DNA from: Eledone cirrhosa
Lineage: Eukaryota
NCBI GenBank assembly: GCA_964016885.1
Contig: OZ024743.1
Span: forward strand, 311,860,001-311,924,000
DNA length: 64,000 nucleotides
Direction of reading: 5' to 3'
The notes under the pieces are model-generated. The model did not search any database and was not told where the DNA came from. It saw only the letters and a program-made list of their open reading frames with translations. Shown piece after piece: positions 28,795 through 43,119 of this stretch; the stretch's first letter is position 1; each line of letters starts with the position of its first letter. A program made the position numbers and the translations under genes.

Positions 28795-31410
28795 TTTAGT
28801 GATTAGAGAATTGGATTTGCAATCATGTGGATTGCAAGTTTGATTCCTGGACCAGGTGATATGTTATGTCCTTCAGTTAGACACTTTATTTCACATCGCT
28901 CTTTCTTCCAGGAGTTGTGACCGGTAGATAGTATCAGCAATGGAAAGACCAGTGGAAACATTGTTTCCTTGGTCTGATTCGATGAGTTCCACTTCACTCT
29001 GTAATCAAATGAGGTCTGAGATCTTGTCAGTCAATTCACCCCCACCCACACACACACACACACACACACAAATATTACTAGTTTTGTGCCTCTATTAGAA
29101 ACTGTTAATACACAAAGACTGTGACAAAAAGACTTCTCTTCTTTACAAAAGTTGCATGGCTCATGTCCTACCATTGCATTGTATTGTGTCCCGGGCAGAG
29201 TTCTACAAAAAGTATACTTTATAAGTCTGTCTGTTTGAAGTCAATCGACACGATCCTAGATATTAAATATTAAATGCTAAAACTTATATACAGTTTATAA
29301 TAATAATATTTAAATGAAACAAAAAATAAGAGAAGAGAAAGAAGAAAAAGAAAAGTGAGAATTAAGCAACAAAGGAAAGGGGGGGAGAGGGAAGATCGGA
29401 CTGACTCTACACTCCAGTCTGAGCAGTGAATTTGGTCATGCTTCACAGACAGAGTAGCAAAGGCACTGCCACAGAGAATGGCTAGCAACACTCGTTTACC
29501 ATCAACATAATTGTAAACTACATCATGGAAAACATATATCTACAAAATTTAATTTTAGAAATATGATTTATTAAAAAAAGTTATGAAGAAATAAAATCAT
29601 GGCTGGAGACAAAAAATTGTAGTTATGCCAACTCTATTTAAATAGCCAATATGTTTTCCTGGTTGGGTCGATATAGTCTCTTATTGATCATCTTCACAAT
29701 CAATTGAACAAATAGGATAAGGCCATTAAAACAAATATTAATCAGTTGTATACATTTTCACACTTTCACTGTGGGTTGTATTTCAAAAAATAAATCAATG
29801 TGTCTCTTTTGTATTTTTGCTGATCACTCAATGCCGTAGAATAACAGTGCAAACTATTTGCTTGACCAATCCATACCTTGATTTCGCTTCTAATGTGTAA
29901 CCATTTTATTGCTTCTATTTCATTAATTAATTTTTATCATTTTACATCTGTTTTTCCAAGCTTTGCACAGATTGAACAAAGCCTGGAGCTTGTCCCAGTT
30001 TTATGCATATTAAAATACTAAGAGTACAAGATGGGATGCTTGTCAATCACAAGGCTATTCTCCAGTTATCGATGGTATCCATTTTTAGCTGAGTGAAGTA
30101 GAGCAATATGAAATGATGAGCCATGCTCAAGGACAAAACATATCACTTGGTCAGGGAGGGAATTGAACCTATGACCTTATAATTATGAGAACAACACCCT
30201 AACCACGAGGCCATATACCTTCACATATTTCATCCATAGTTACACAAAAAGGAAAAGAGATGATCATCTGATTAGACCAAGGAAAATATGTTTCCATTGG
30301 TCTTTCCATTTCTCATATCTGCCAGTCATGTGTCTTGGCAGAAGCTTTACTATTTTTCCAGTGACAGGGGGTAATATTTGAACTCAGAACACACACAGCT
30401 GGAACAGTTACTGCCAATCACCACTGACTCATTAAAAATTCTTCCACTGCTCCTTTATTTCTTCATCCTCAACATCATCATCATCATCATCATCATGTTA
30501 CCGTCCATTTTTCCATGCTTGCATGGGTAGGTTGGGTTGTCATGTTATAAGACTATCACAGATAGTCCAGAGACCACAACATACTCATACAGATCTGTAT
30601 TTTGGCTTGGTTTCTCTGGACGCCCTTCCTAACACCAACCACATTACAATGTGGGCTGGGTACTTTTTTTATGGCACCAAAACAACCACTTTACAGGATG
30701 AACTGAGCATTTTTTGCCATGTCACCAACACATCCACCTGAAAACATCCCCTCTGACTTATTAAAATCTCTTCTAATCAATTGGTAGGTTATTTATTGAC
30801 ACCAAAAGAATGAAAAGCAAAATTGACTTTGACGGGATTCGAATTCAGTGAGTTCGAACAAATCCTAAGGCCATTTACTTCAAATCCCATATCATTCAGT
30901 CATGTTCATTGTAATTCAGCTTTTATAGTGTCATTCCCATGGTTTCAGAACTTTCTGTTAGGAATATCAACTGTCTAATTGGTGCAAAAGTAAATAGATT
31001 TTTATTACTTACTAAAACTGACTTCAAATATGTATATATATGTATATATATCTATGTATGCATGTATTTATTATATGCATATATATATATATCTATGTAA
31101 GTATGCATCTTTTATATATGTATTCTTTTGCTGTGGTTTTTTAAGTTGTTGCCATGTTGGAGTCTTTACCCTAAAGAGATTAGTCAATCATATCAGCTCC
31201 AAGACTTATTTTCTCAATTTCTTTTAGTCAAACTGCTAAGTTACAAGACATAAACAAACAGTAAATGTAAACATAGAATGGGCATTCACACTCTTACACA
31301 CACAAACATGTATATGATGAACTTCAACATAATTTCTATCTACCATGATGTATATGTTTGTATACTTTGGTTTCATTTCAACTGAAATCCTTTATCTTTA
31401 ATACAGTATA

Positions 31411-31446
<36 letters not shown>

Positions 31447-31491
31447 TATACTGTATTAAAGATAAAGGATTTCATATATATATATATATAT

Positions 31492-31745
31492 AGGTGGTAT
31501 GGACATGTGATGCGCATGGAGGATGACCGATGGGTGAAGAAGTGCCAGGAAATGCCAGTTGAAGGAAGACGTGGTAGAGGTAGACCACGAAAAACATGGG
31601 CGGAGGTGGTGAGAACAGACCTCAGATCATTGAAGCTCATGGTGGAGATGACGAAGGACCGTGACAAGTAGAGCGATGCTGTACTGAATAGGACCCGTCC
31701 CACCCTTGCAAGCAGGGAAAAGCGGACGTAAAATGAATAATGAAT
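31492..31745 (+). mobile_element. 3' end of a second RTE family with GAAT-type tail
   Basis: RWYGHVMRMEDDRWVKKC..GRGRPRKTW; short UTR cccgtcccacccttgcaagcagggaaaagcggacgtaaaatgaat. Confidence 0.85.
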
Positions 31746-32255
31746 AAGTAAATTGAACATGAATAAGAGACAGTTTTATGTGTTCATCTTTTTAATACAT
31801 AGCTCTGTTATACATATTTTGAAGATGTTATACATATTTCGAAGATGTATATATGGTCGTTTTGGTGCCACAATAAAAAGCACCCAGCCCACACTGTAAT
31901 GTCATTCAGCTGTAGAAACCAAGCCAAAATACTGCCAAAATACAGATCTGTATAAGCATAATGTGGTGACCCATCTGACCCATGCAAGTGTCGAAAAACA
32001 GATGTTAAATAGTGCAGATGATGATGTTGAACAAAAACAGCGTTAAAAAATATAAACATAAAATGGAGTTTTTGTTATAGTGAGGAACATTATTATTTAA
32101 AGTAAACATTCTGACAATACATTGATATATTTTTTTTTTCCCCATGTTTTTCAGTTCCTATTTATCAATACTAATTGATTTATTGTGTGAATTTCATATC
32201 AATGAACAACAACAAGGCTAGTTCTTATTGATCTATTATCCAAACAAATTGAAAA

Positions 32256-32318
32256 ATGCACGACAGAGTCCATTACTTATTGAAACGTTTTATTATCTTC
32301 TTCAACTTGCTGATTGTG
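32256..32318 (+). CDS. Tetraspanin, first coding exon (N-terminus and start of TM1)
   Basis: ATG 32256, MHDRVHYLLKRFIIFFNLLIV, donor gtatgt, phase 0; candidate upstream acceptor ttttcag at about 32155. Confidence 0.8.
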
Positions 32319-33047
32319 GTATGTATATTAATTTTTACTTTGTTATTCAGTTATTCTTTTACTGGTTTCAGTCAATGAACTTCAGCCATCCATGACCACC
32401 ACCATCTTGAAAGGGTTTAGTCAATTATATGGACCCCAGTATTTATTTTTTCAAGTCTGGTACTTATTATATCTTAAACTGTGGCCATGCTGCAGCATAA
32501 CTTAGAAAGGATTTGTAAATGGCTGAGCTTTCCACAGACACATGTACTCTCAATGCAATTTTCAGAGGATTACAGGTACAGTTTGTCTTGTATTAGGGTG
32601 TAAGTGACTGAGCATTCCACAAACACATGTACAATTAATGAAGTTCTCGAGGACATTCAGCCCTTTAAATTACAGATACAGTCCATCTTGTATTATAGTG
32701 TAAGTGGCGGAATGTTCCAAAGATACTTGTACCATTAATGTAGTTCTCAGGGAGATTCTGCATGGCACAGTGTGTGTCAATGCTGGCCCTTTGAATTACA
32801 GGTACAATTCATTTGATGAGCTTCTACACAGTTTCCATCTACCCAGTTTTACTCAGAAAGCATGGGTCAACCTAAGATTTACCCACTATGCTACATAGTG
32901 GGATTGAAACCAGGATTTAATGATTGCATAGAAAAATCTAAAACCATATGATCATGCTGCAGCCACATATTCTAACTACATATTGCTTAGATGTGGAATT
33001 TTTTTGTTTTTAATACTAATACCTTTTAATCAAATTTTCTTTTATAG

Positions 33048-33263
33048 TTTTCTGGAGCCATAAGTATTGGTCTCGGCCTCTGGATTATTCTCGACGATGT
33101 ATCATCTATTGCCTTCACAAAAGTAAATGAGCTTCAACGATTAGAACCCAGTCTTGTGGAACTAGGTGCTTATGTGGTCATTGCAGGAGGCAGTGCTGCT
33201 TTCATCTTTGGATTTCTGGCAATTCTCTCTGTGTGTAATGAAAGCAAGTGCTGTTTAACTTTT
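33048..33263 (+). CDS. Tetraspanin coding exon 2 (TM1 end, small loop, TM2)
   Basis: tttatag|FSGAISIGLGLWII...GAYVVIAGGSAAFIFGFLAILSVCNESKCCLTF|gtaagt; 216 nt. Confidence 0.92.
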
Positions 33264-33676
33264 GTAAGTATATTCCTAGGTTTCTTTTATAAAATTGTTC
33301 TCTTGTAATATGGATTAAAATGGAACTCAGAACATAAAGGATATCATCATCATCATCATCGTCATCATCATCCTCATCACCACCACCGCTACCGCTGCTG
33401 CCGGCTTGTTTAAAATACGTTCATTGACATAAAGGATTTCCAGGGCTTCAGTAGCACAAAGATCACAAGGTCTTTTATTCACCTTATAGGATCGAGATTT
33501 AGCTAAGATATAAGGGTAGCCAGTTATAGAAACCAAGCCAAAATCAGTTCTGTATGAGCAAAACATGGTCATCTGACCTGGCATTACTCACAACAGGATA
33601 ACCTGTCTAACCCATGCCAGCATGGAAAAATGGACGTTAAACAGTGATCATGATGGTGATGTAGATATAGATATAT

Positions 33677-33853
<177 letters not shown>

Positions 33854-36577
33854 GTGGGAACCTAGTGATGTACATACACATATTATTCCTATATACATTC
33901 ACACCTATATTATACTTAATTGTATACCTATATAAAAAATGTAAAACACATATTAATATAACCTTTTCTGATTTATTTTCATTTTTCATTTTCATTTTTT
34001 TATATTTCATTTTACCAATTTTTGTAGGAATTATTTGGACAATTTTTTCAGGTATTCCTTACGGTGGGGAATATTTAAGACATGATAAATAACTCAATAG
34101 AGACTATTTAATGATATAATTAAATAGGTGTAGAACTTGTCATTCCTTCTCCCTTTTTATTTCTTTTGATGCTTAACCTTTTTTATTTTCTTGTTGTTAT
34201 TTGTATTATTTATATATTTTATTTTAGTTTTTATTTTATATTCACTTAGCTCTGTATATCTTGTTTTTTGTTGTTTTTTTTCTCAACTGTAATAAGTTCC
34301 AGATACTTCCCCTAGTTAGCCTTGGTTTACTAGTTCTATACGGACATTTAAATTGATCAAATAAATAAACAGATAACTATATTGTATAGTTTTTATCACA
34401 TTTTCTCTTTAGTTTAAATTAATAGCTATTTCACACAGTGACAGAGATAATTATTGCCTTAATTCGGTTTTATTATTCTTCAAATATTTAATTTTCTATT
34501 ATATTTGATATAACAAATAAAAAGATTACCTTTAAGCATTTTACTAGGAATCCTATTTAAGACAAGGCACATCATTCATATTAGCATGTTTTTGTCATAA
34601 TCTGAGAACCAACTGTATTCAAAGATGGTATAATTTAATTGTTCAATAAATGATGGTAGAATTGAATCTAAATGATGTTGGTTTTGGTGACACATCATTG
34701 TTAGTAATATATAATGTATAACAGGTTCGTGTAAAGATGTGTGGCTTAATAGTTGGAGTGTTTGGCTCATGATCGTCATATCCTTTAGCAAGAAAGCAGA
34801 AATTAAATGATGATGATGATGATTGCTTCAGTCTACTGGTGCCATGCTGTATTAGATGTTGCCTTCCCTTTGGACAACATCGGTTGTGTGGAGAGAGGGA
34901 ACTGCATGGCTGATTGCTGGTCTTCCACAAAATATCTCACCTAGGCTTACACTTAAGAGAGGAACATTTCAGATGCAAACCCACTACCAAAGGAGGCTGA
35001 TCTTACAGCATGTTGGCTTGTCAGAATCATTTTAGAGTGTCAGACAAAATACTTTAGTTACAGTTCAAATTGCACCAAGGTCAACTTGACCTCAACACTC
35101 TTGAGTTGATAAAATAAGTACCAGTCAAGTACTGGAGTTGACTTAATCAACTTTCCCATACCTCTCCAAATTACTCCATGTGCCTAAATTAAAACCAGTA
35201 TTATTATAGGTGGATTGGCAGTATCGGTAGAGGATCGGACGCCATGCTTTGCAGCAAAGAGTTATGGCCCTTTATGATCTGAGTTCAGATCCCGCCGAGG
35301 TTAACTTTGCCTTTCATCCTTACGGGGTCGATAAAATAAAGTACCAGTAATACACTGGGATATTTGCTGGCCTTGTGCTAAAAGTAAAAACAATTATTAT
35401 TATTGATAGGCAATATCAGACAAAATTCTTTATAGTATTCACTTACTTTTAGCAGAGTCCACACTGTTGCATTTTCAAATAATTTTGAAAATAATCAAGA
35501 ATTTGGAAGGGTTTAGTAATATAACAAACTTTCTTGTTATTAAGCTGATGTTTGGAGCATAATTTAACAAAGGTTCTTATATAGGATTATGGTGGAAGGT
35601 TGCTAGATGAATATGAACACTTTAAAACAAACACTTATGTCATATGAGTAGAGGCAGTTTCAGGCAGTTTGATATTAAAAGGGTTAAATAAGACAAGGAG
35701 ACATTAGATAATGTACTTTTAACTATAATAATTGTTTCTACTTTTGGTACAAGGCCAGTAATTACCCCAGTGCATTACTGATGCTTTATTTTATTGACTC
35801 CGTAAGGATGAAAGGCAAAATTAACCTCGGCAAGATTTGAACTCAGAACATAAAGGACCATATACATTTATATAACTATATCCTAAAAATAAGTTAAAAT
35901 ATAATTCTCATCTATAATCTTTCACATGTCAATAATCAACACAAACTATAGGGCTTCTTTTATGCTAACCATTAATTTATCAAAATGTAAATTTCACAGT
36001 TTGTATGATTGTTCATATATCCAGTAATTCAGGTATGTATAGCATACTGGACTTCAAAAATTAAATAGATTCAAAGCTAATACTATCTTTAGTGGTGGCA
36101 GAAGTTCACTAGTAGCCAAAAAAAAAAAAAAAAAAAAGATATGGCCATATTATAGCTAGAATGTCTTTGATCCTATGCCTGTTCATTTATGGTTCAACAA
36201 CATTTAAAATTCACTTTTATGTGGTAAAGGTTATTAGAAACAATGAAATTATCTGTCTATCAAATGTTACCAAAGTCAAAATTTTCACATAAAATTAAAA
36301 ACATCTGCTAGGTTGTTGTTTGACTTTTCAATGTGTACTACGAAACTGAATATATAATCAGCATAGGGAACAAATAATTCATAACATTACACCACGTCAC
36401 CACAGCACATCAGCACATCACCACATCACATCACACCGCATCATGCAACATCACACATTATACCTCGTCACACATCTGCTCTGGCATCAGATTGAGAACA
36501 ATTTATCAGGGAAATCAAATTAAGAAAGTCAAAGAACTTTGCTCTCTCCTTCACCCCTCTCTCTCTCTCTCTCTCGC

Positions 36578-36609
<32 letters not shown>

Positions 36610-36889
36610 ATGGACGTTAAACGATGATGATGTATATATATTGAGAGAGACATGTTTTACTAAAGGCGTTTCAAAATTTAAGATATTTTACTAAGATGTC
36701 TGTGTCTCTCAGCAATATTCTCAACAAAACAAGTGTAATAATAACAATTACAATGCCAGCAGCTATATACTAGTTGTCAATGATCTCACAGGAACAATTT
36801 TTCATCTGAAAACAATGAGATGGAGATATTTCCATAACTCTGATTGAATTAGTGGTTCATCATTTTTTGATAAATTTTTGATTTAAGTG

Positions 36890-37480
36890 CAGGCTGTGTT
36901 GTTAAACAGTTGGATTTGTAACCATGAGGTTTGGAGTTTAGTTAGCCTACATGGTACCTTGCACAAGTGTCTTTGCAATTATGTGGTTTGGGGTTTAGTT
37001 ACACTACATGGTAACTAGGGCAAGTGTCTTTGTAGCCATGTGGTTTTGGGTTTAGTTACACTACATGGTAACTAGGGAAAGTGTCTTTGTAACAATGTGG
37101 TTTGGGGTTTAGTTACACTACATGGTACCATGGGCAAGTGTCTTTGTAACCATGTGGTTTGGGGTTTATTTATATTACATGGTACCTTGGGCAAATGAAA
37201 TTAAATATGGTTTATTGTTTTGTTGTTTGCTACATGAAGAAGTATGTGAATATATACTACATATCTCCATAAATGTAAGTGGTAGTGCTGGTGCCACATT
37301 AAAAGGTACTTAATACATTTTGTAAAGTGATGGTGCTGGTACTACATTGAAAGGCACTCACATTTTGTAAATGGTGGTGTTGATGGTGCCACAATAAAAG
37401 GCACTCAGTACACTTGTAAATGGTGATGGTGGTAACGCCACAATAAAAGGTTCATACACTATTCTGTAAAGTGGTAATGC
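36890..37480 (+). repeat. SINE-derived minisatellites (unit of about 56 bp x5, then units of about 40-45 bp like the RTE UTR)
   Basis: tgtggttttggggtttagttacactacatggtaactagggcaagtgtctttg repeats; then ggtgccaca.taaaaggcactca..tgtaaa repeats. Confidence 0.75.
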
Positions 37481-37770
37481 TGAATCTCATACAGAAGATG
37501 ACAAAGGAACACAAGTGGAGAGAAGCTGTAGAATAAGAAGACTGGCCACCCTATAGAAGCATAGAGAATTGAACATAAAAGGGTGATGGTGGTGCTGGTG
37601 ATGCTAACCATCCCCTAAAATTATACCCATTCGATTGTGCTTGTGTTAAGAAATGAAAATATATAGTTCTGGAGTTTGTTGGATGAAAAACTTGATGAAT
37701 GTATGTATTGTATATAATATATATATTGTATATTAACTGGATTTCCATGAGTATGTTATCTTTTCTATAG

Positions 37771-37845
37771 TACATTGCCATTATTGCATCAGCACTTACA
37801 CTGCAAGTATCCTCTGCAACTATGGGATTCATATTTAAAGATAAG
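37771..37845 (+). CDS. Tetraspanin coding exon 3 (TM3)
   Basis: ttctatag|YIAIIASALTLQVSSATMGFIFKDK|gtaaag; 75-nt phase-0 exon typical of tetraspanins. Confidence 0.88.
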
Positions 37846-38021
37846 GTAAAGTATATTTACATTTTTCTATTTTGTGTAGTGGGCTTTGAATAAAAGTAGT
37901 TTATGATTTTCTCTCAGCTGCATATGGTTATTTGAGGGGTAAAAGATTTTTCTTTGTGAGTATATGTGGCTTGAAAGACCTGATTGTTATTGCAGGAAAA
38001 AACAAACCTCTTCAGTTGCCT

Positions 38022-41000
38022 CATCATCATCATCATCATCATCATCGTTTAACGTCCATCTTCCACGCTTGCATGGGTTTGGACGGGAGGTTTCCCACTT
38101 GAGGCAAGATTTGTTGTCCTGATCGTATAGGGCTGTCTGGCAGGTTTTCTACGGCTGGATGCCCTTCCTAACACCAACCACGTTTACAGTGTGGACTGGG
38201 AGGTTTTTACCGTGTTACCTACACGGCCACATTACAGCGTGGACTGTGTTTTTTTGTCGTGACACCTACACGACCTCATTTGTTTCAGACTGGATGTTGT
38301 GGTACCAACATAACTTCACATTTAAGGGGGTGGTGTGGATGGTGTGAGGGTAGTGGGACGGAGGGGGGGGGGGGTTATTTTGTTAGAGGTGCCTACTGAC
38401 TGTAGGTTTCGCTTTGTACTTAGGCAAGGTGGGTCTTCTGTATTACTGTGTAGCGCCAAAGATCTCGGTCCAGTGACATTGTCTTGGAGAGGTGTAAGTG
38501 TGTGAGGTCGGAATTTATCAAGTCGTCCCAGGTTTTTCTGGGTCTGCCTACTCCGTGGCTACCGTCTATTTTTATCGCCCTGCACTTTTTTATACAGCTG
38601 TCATCTTTCATGTGCATCACGTGACCGTACCAACGTAGTTTTCTCTCGAGTAAACAACATCGGATCCCTCTTATTCCTAATTTCTCCCTTAGTTCCTTTA
38701 TGCTTTGCCGTTCACGTATATTACTATTACACATCCAGCGGAGCATGCAAGCTTCGTTTCTCTCCAGTCTGCGTATATCCTCTGCACACAATGCCCAGGT
38801 CTCACTGCCATGTAACATTGCTGTTCGTATGCAGGCATCATACAGCCTGCCTTTCATTTTTAGAGAGAACCCTTTAGCGGCCAATAGTTGTATAAGCTCT
38901 CTGAACTTTTTCCATCCCGTTCTGACTCTAGCTACTGTACTTTCAGAGCACCCTCCCCCACTGCTGATTTTGTCACCCAGGTAAAGGAAGGTGTCCACTA
39001 TTTCTATAGAACCATCTGTGCAATGGAATGAGCTAGTATTCTGTGGGCACTTGCTGCTACTTATTGCACCAGAGCACCGGCCACATATAAAATCTATATT
39101 CTTAGTTAGCTTACCTGTGATCCCACTACATCTTTTATGCACCCATACTTTGCATTTTGGACATAAAATGGAGTTTCTACCTACTCCTTTCCTACACACT
39201 GAGCATGGCCATTTCCCAGATGGGACCGGTGCCCTATTTTCCTTCCTACAAACTAGAACTTTAGTCTTAGACAAGTTAACTTTAAGGCCTTTTGATTCTA
39301 GGCCATGCTTCCATGTTTGGAATTTCTTCTCTAGTTCAGCCATTGATTCAGCTATGAGCGTTAGATCATCTGCATATAGGAGTTGCCATGGGCAGCCGTC
39401 TTGAACTCCTCTGTTATAGCCTGAAGGGCAATAATAAATAGTAGGGGGGCTAAGGACAGAGCCTTGGCGAACACCAACTTTTACGCTAAACTCTTCACTA
39501 TATTCATTGTTAATTCTAACCTTGCTGACTGTTTCTTTATACATGGCTTGTATAGCTCTCACAAGCCATTCATCAACACCTAGTTTTCTAAGCGCCCACC
39601 AGTTAATGGAGTGGGGGACTCTGTCAAAGGCTTTCTCCAAGTCAACAAAAGCTAAGTATAAGGGTTTACTTTTAGCTAGGTACTTCTCTTGTAGTTGTCG
39701 TACAATGAAAAGAGCGTCTGTGGTACTTTTACCTGACACAAATCCGAACTGCATTTCATCTAGATCAATTCGTTCTCTGATTAGTTGCGCTATTACTTTT
39801 TCTGTGACCTTCATGACATGGTCGATTAATTCAATGCCTCTATAGTTACCCCTATCAAGAGCATCTCCTTTACCCTTGTAGCAGTTAATGATGATGCTGC
39901 TACGCCAGTCCTTCGGAACGGCCCAATTCTGTATGACTTGGTTTACTATCCGAGTGACCATGTGTCCCACCGTTCCAGATGCTTTCAGCATTTCAGCAAC
40001 TATTTCCGAAGGCCCAGCCACCTTACCCGTCTTCATATCTTTGATTGCCTTACTTATTATACTAACTTCAACTCGCACTGTTGGTCCCTCTATTGGATCG
40101 ATGTGGAGGAGACTGTCTTTCTCCCATTTATTCTCCTCATTTAGTAGCCTTTCGTAGTGACACTTCCAAGCTACCTTCTTGTCAGCGTCAGTGATGGCAA
40201 GTACACCATCAACATTAAGGACACACTTCTCCCCGACAATATCACGGTTTTCCTTGACACATTGCCTAGCAATCCTGAACACCTCACGTTTTTGGTCCTC
40301 GCGTTGTAGAACATGCTTGAACTTTCTTTCCTTTGCTTCCCTTCTTGCGAAGTACACTTGTCTCCTAGCTTCCCTCCTGGCCATTTGATAGTCTTCTCTA
40401 CTTCCCCCATCCCGCCATACTTTCCAAGCCTGCTTTTTGGCCTTAATTGACTCCTCCACCTTACTATTCCACCACCACGTTACTCTCCTCCTGCCTATAG
40501 GCCTGCTCCAGCCACAAACTTCATCTGCCGCCTTCAACAGGTTAGCTTTCAGAAATTCCCACTGTTCCTCTATATTGTACGACTCTAATTGCTCTTCCTT
40601 ACTGTCGAAAGCATCAAGTAATATGCTTTTAAATTTATTACTGGCTGTAGGGTCCTTTAGCTTCCATATTTTTCTCCTGAGGATAGTCCTCCTCTGTTGT
40701 CGAGTACGTCTTGTCCTGACAATGAGGTCGCTGACTATGAATCTATGTTGGGAGGTGCATTCTTCATGGGGGAGGGATTTAGTGTTTACAACAGACACTC
40801 TAGCACGTCTTCTGGTAAGGATATAATCTATCTGACTGGCGTGTTCCCCTGATCTATAGGTGATCAGGTGATTGTCTCGTTTTTTGAAGTTAGTGTTACA
40901 GATAGTTAGGTTATTTGCATCCCAGAATTCCAGGATTCTGGAGCCTTCCTCATTTCTAGTACCAAACCCATAGCCTCCATGGATTCCATCATAGCTGTCA

Positions 41001-41181
41001 CAATGTTGCCTAACGTGACCATTTAGGTCGCCAGCAATAATTACGTAGTCACTGTCGGTTATTTGGGAAGTAGTGAGCATCAATGCCTCATAGAATCTGT
41101 CTTTTATAGCGCCAGGCAGTCCGATTTGGGGTGCATATGCAGATATTACTGTCACAGTAGTTCTATTTAGGACAAGTCTTA
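38022..41181 (-). mobile_element. RTE LINE, 5'-truncated within the endonuclease, with (GAT)n tail
   Basis: ORF 38420-41239: ISAYAPQ, AGDLNGH, SQIDYIL, RT motifs, PHD-like cluster; short off-frame stretch at about 39400-39455. Confidence 0.96.
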
Positions 41182-41199
41182 TTTCCTCCTCATTTGTAT

Positions 41200-42250
41200 C
41201 AATAGGATCTTTGTGACAATCATAAGGATATATAAACACAGAATCGTATTAGGTTCATGTTTATGAATGAGGATAAAGGAAAAGAAAAGAAAAGAAGTAA
41301 ATAAATGTCTCGACGTATTGAACACAAATCCTTCATCGGAAAAGAGCAAAGTTCGAAGAAAGAGGAAGCTGGAATAACAGAGGTTGGAAGGTTGGAGAGA
41401 GAGAGAAAAACTTTTAAGATGGGTGAGGAGGGCAGGTGAGTAGTCCAGCATGTGGGGTTGGAGGCCAAGGTGGAGGACCAAGGTGTGACTTTAGTACAGT
41501 TATGTGTGCAGATAGTGTGCATATTTCTCCCTTGTGTGTATGCGTGTTTTGTGTATCCTTGATGGAAGTGTATGTTTGTGTGGCTGACTTTTTAATATTT
41601 TTTTGTGTATACATGCATGTGTGTGTGTGTAGGTTTATGTGTTTAAGTGTGTGTATATTTATGTATGTGTGTTTAGATGTGTGTATGTTTATGTATGTGC
41701 GCGTGTGTATAGACGTGTTTATAGGTGTGTGTCTAAATTTTTTAAAGTACTTTATGTGTATGTGTATACATGTTTGTGTGTGTGTATGTTTATGTATGTG
41801 TGTGTGTGTGTGTGTATGTTTATATATATGTGTGGGTGTGTTTATGGGTGTTATCGGTGTGTGTGTATTTTGTGTGAGTTTATGTGGTTATTAGTTTGTG
41901 TTTAAGTGTGTGTGTTTATATATGTGTATATACATGTGTGCCTGTGAATTTTTATGTATTTTTGTATGTGTGTGCATATTTATGTATGAGTGTGTTTGGG
42001 TGAGTTTATGCGATTTTTAATTTGTTTATGAGAATGGGTTTATGCGTGTGTGTGCAGAAGCTTGTCTGGCTGTCTATATCCATATGTGTGTGTGGGTACT
42101 AGATGAGAAGAGAGAGAGGTGTGTAGTAATGTCCAGGGCTTTGGTCAAAGTATATGATGGAATTGTGTGTAGTGGTCAGTAGTCTGTGTTATTTCAAGGA
42201 GTCGCCAGATTACAGGAGTGGGTGAGGATTAAATCTGACTGGGGTGTATA
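41200..42250 (-). mobile_element. Possible heavily decayed PLE 3' end
   Basis: Minus-strand WRLLE..-like remnant near 42200, CA-rich UTR, decayed ccgatgaagg..cgagac near 41310-41340. Confidence 0.3.
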
Positions 42251-42771
42251 ATCAGTACCTCCCCCTCTCCTTTTTTTCATTGCTTAATTCTCTTTTTTCT
42301 TTTTCTTCTTTCCCTTTCGTTTTCTTTCATTTTGGTCCTAACTGAGGGAGTCGCTTGAAAAGCTTGAAGCCCATGGATAATGCAATGATTAGACATTTCC
42401 ATAAAGTACGAGTGAAACTATCGATAGTTGGGACTGGACATAGTCGAATATAAGCCGACCCCCTATTTTATGTTTGAGAAATGGGCAAAAATCCAAACCC
42501 TTTTTATGAGCTGCGGCAGCTAATCAATACATTATGTTTAGATGTTTATAAGCCGATGTGTGTCCCCACCCAATTTTACCATCGATATTTTGGTCACATA
42601 TTCGCCAGCTTATATTGAAGTATATACAGTAAATATTATTTAATAGAGATATATGAGTATTAGATGGAAGTAGAAAAATAAACAAGGAGAATGACAGAAT
42701 GAAAAACTAAGAATGAAACATAGAATAAAAACAAGATTTAATATTATATCAAAATATTTTCTTCTTGGCAG

Positions 42772-42882
42772 TGGCAAAACCATTTGGAAAATGAAATTCT
42801 CCAAGAAATTTCAACTAATTTTGATGGCAAAGTGAACTCCAACAACAGTTTTACTCAAATATTGAACACATTCCAGATAATG
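42772..42882 (+). CDS. Tetraspanin coding exon 4 (large extracellular loop, first helices)
   Basis: cttcttggcag|WQNHLENEILQEISTNFDGKVNSNNSFTQILNTFQIM|gtaaca; 111 nt. Confidence 0.82.
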
Positions 42883-43119
42883 GTAACACTTCTTTTCAAT
42901 CTTATTTTTATTTTTGAAATCATCATCATCACAATCATCATCATCATCATCGTCATCGTCATCATCATCATTGTCTTTATTATCATCATCGTTGCCATTC
43001 TCATCATTATCATCATCATCCTCATAATCATCATGATCATCATCTTTATTATCACTTTTTAACACTTTTTAGCACAGTTTGTACTTTTATTTTTTTCTTT
43101 GCCCACATATTCCTGAGAG

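Noticed and set aside
42334-42435. gtcctaa-ctgaggga..gaaactatcgatag-ttgggac hammerhead-like string
   Set aside because: Core and stem II are not canonical, and the register of stems I and III is inconsistent.
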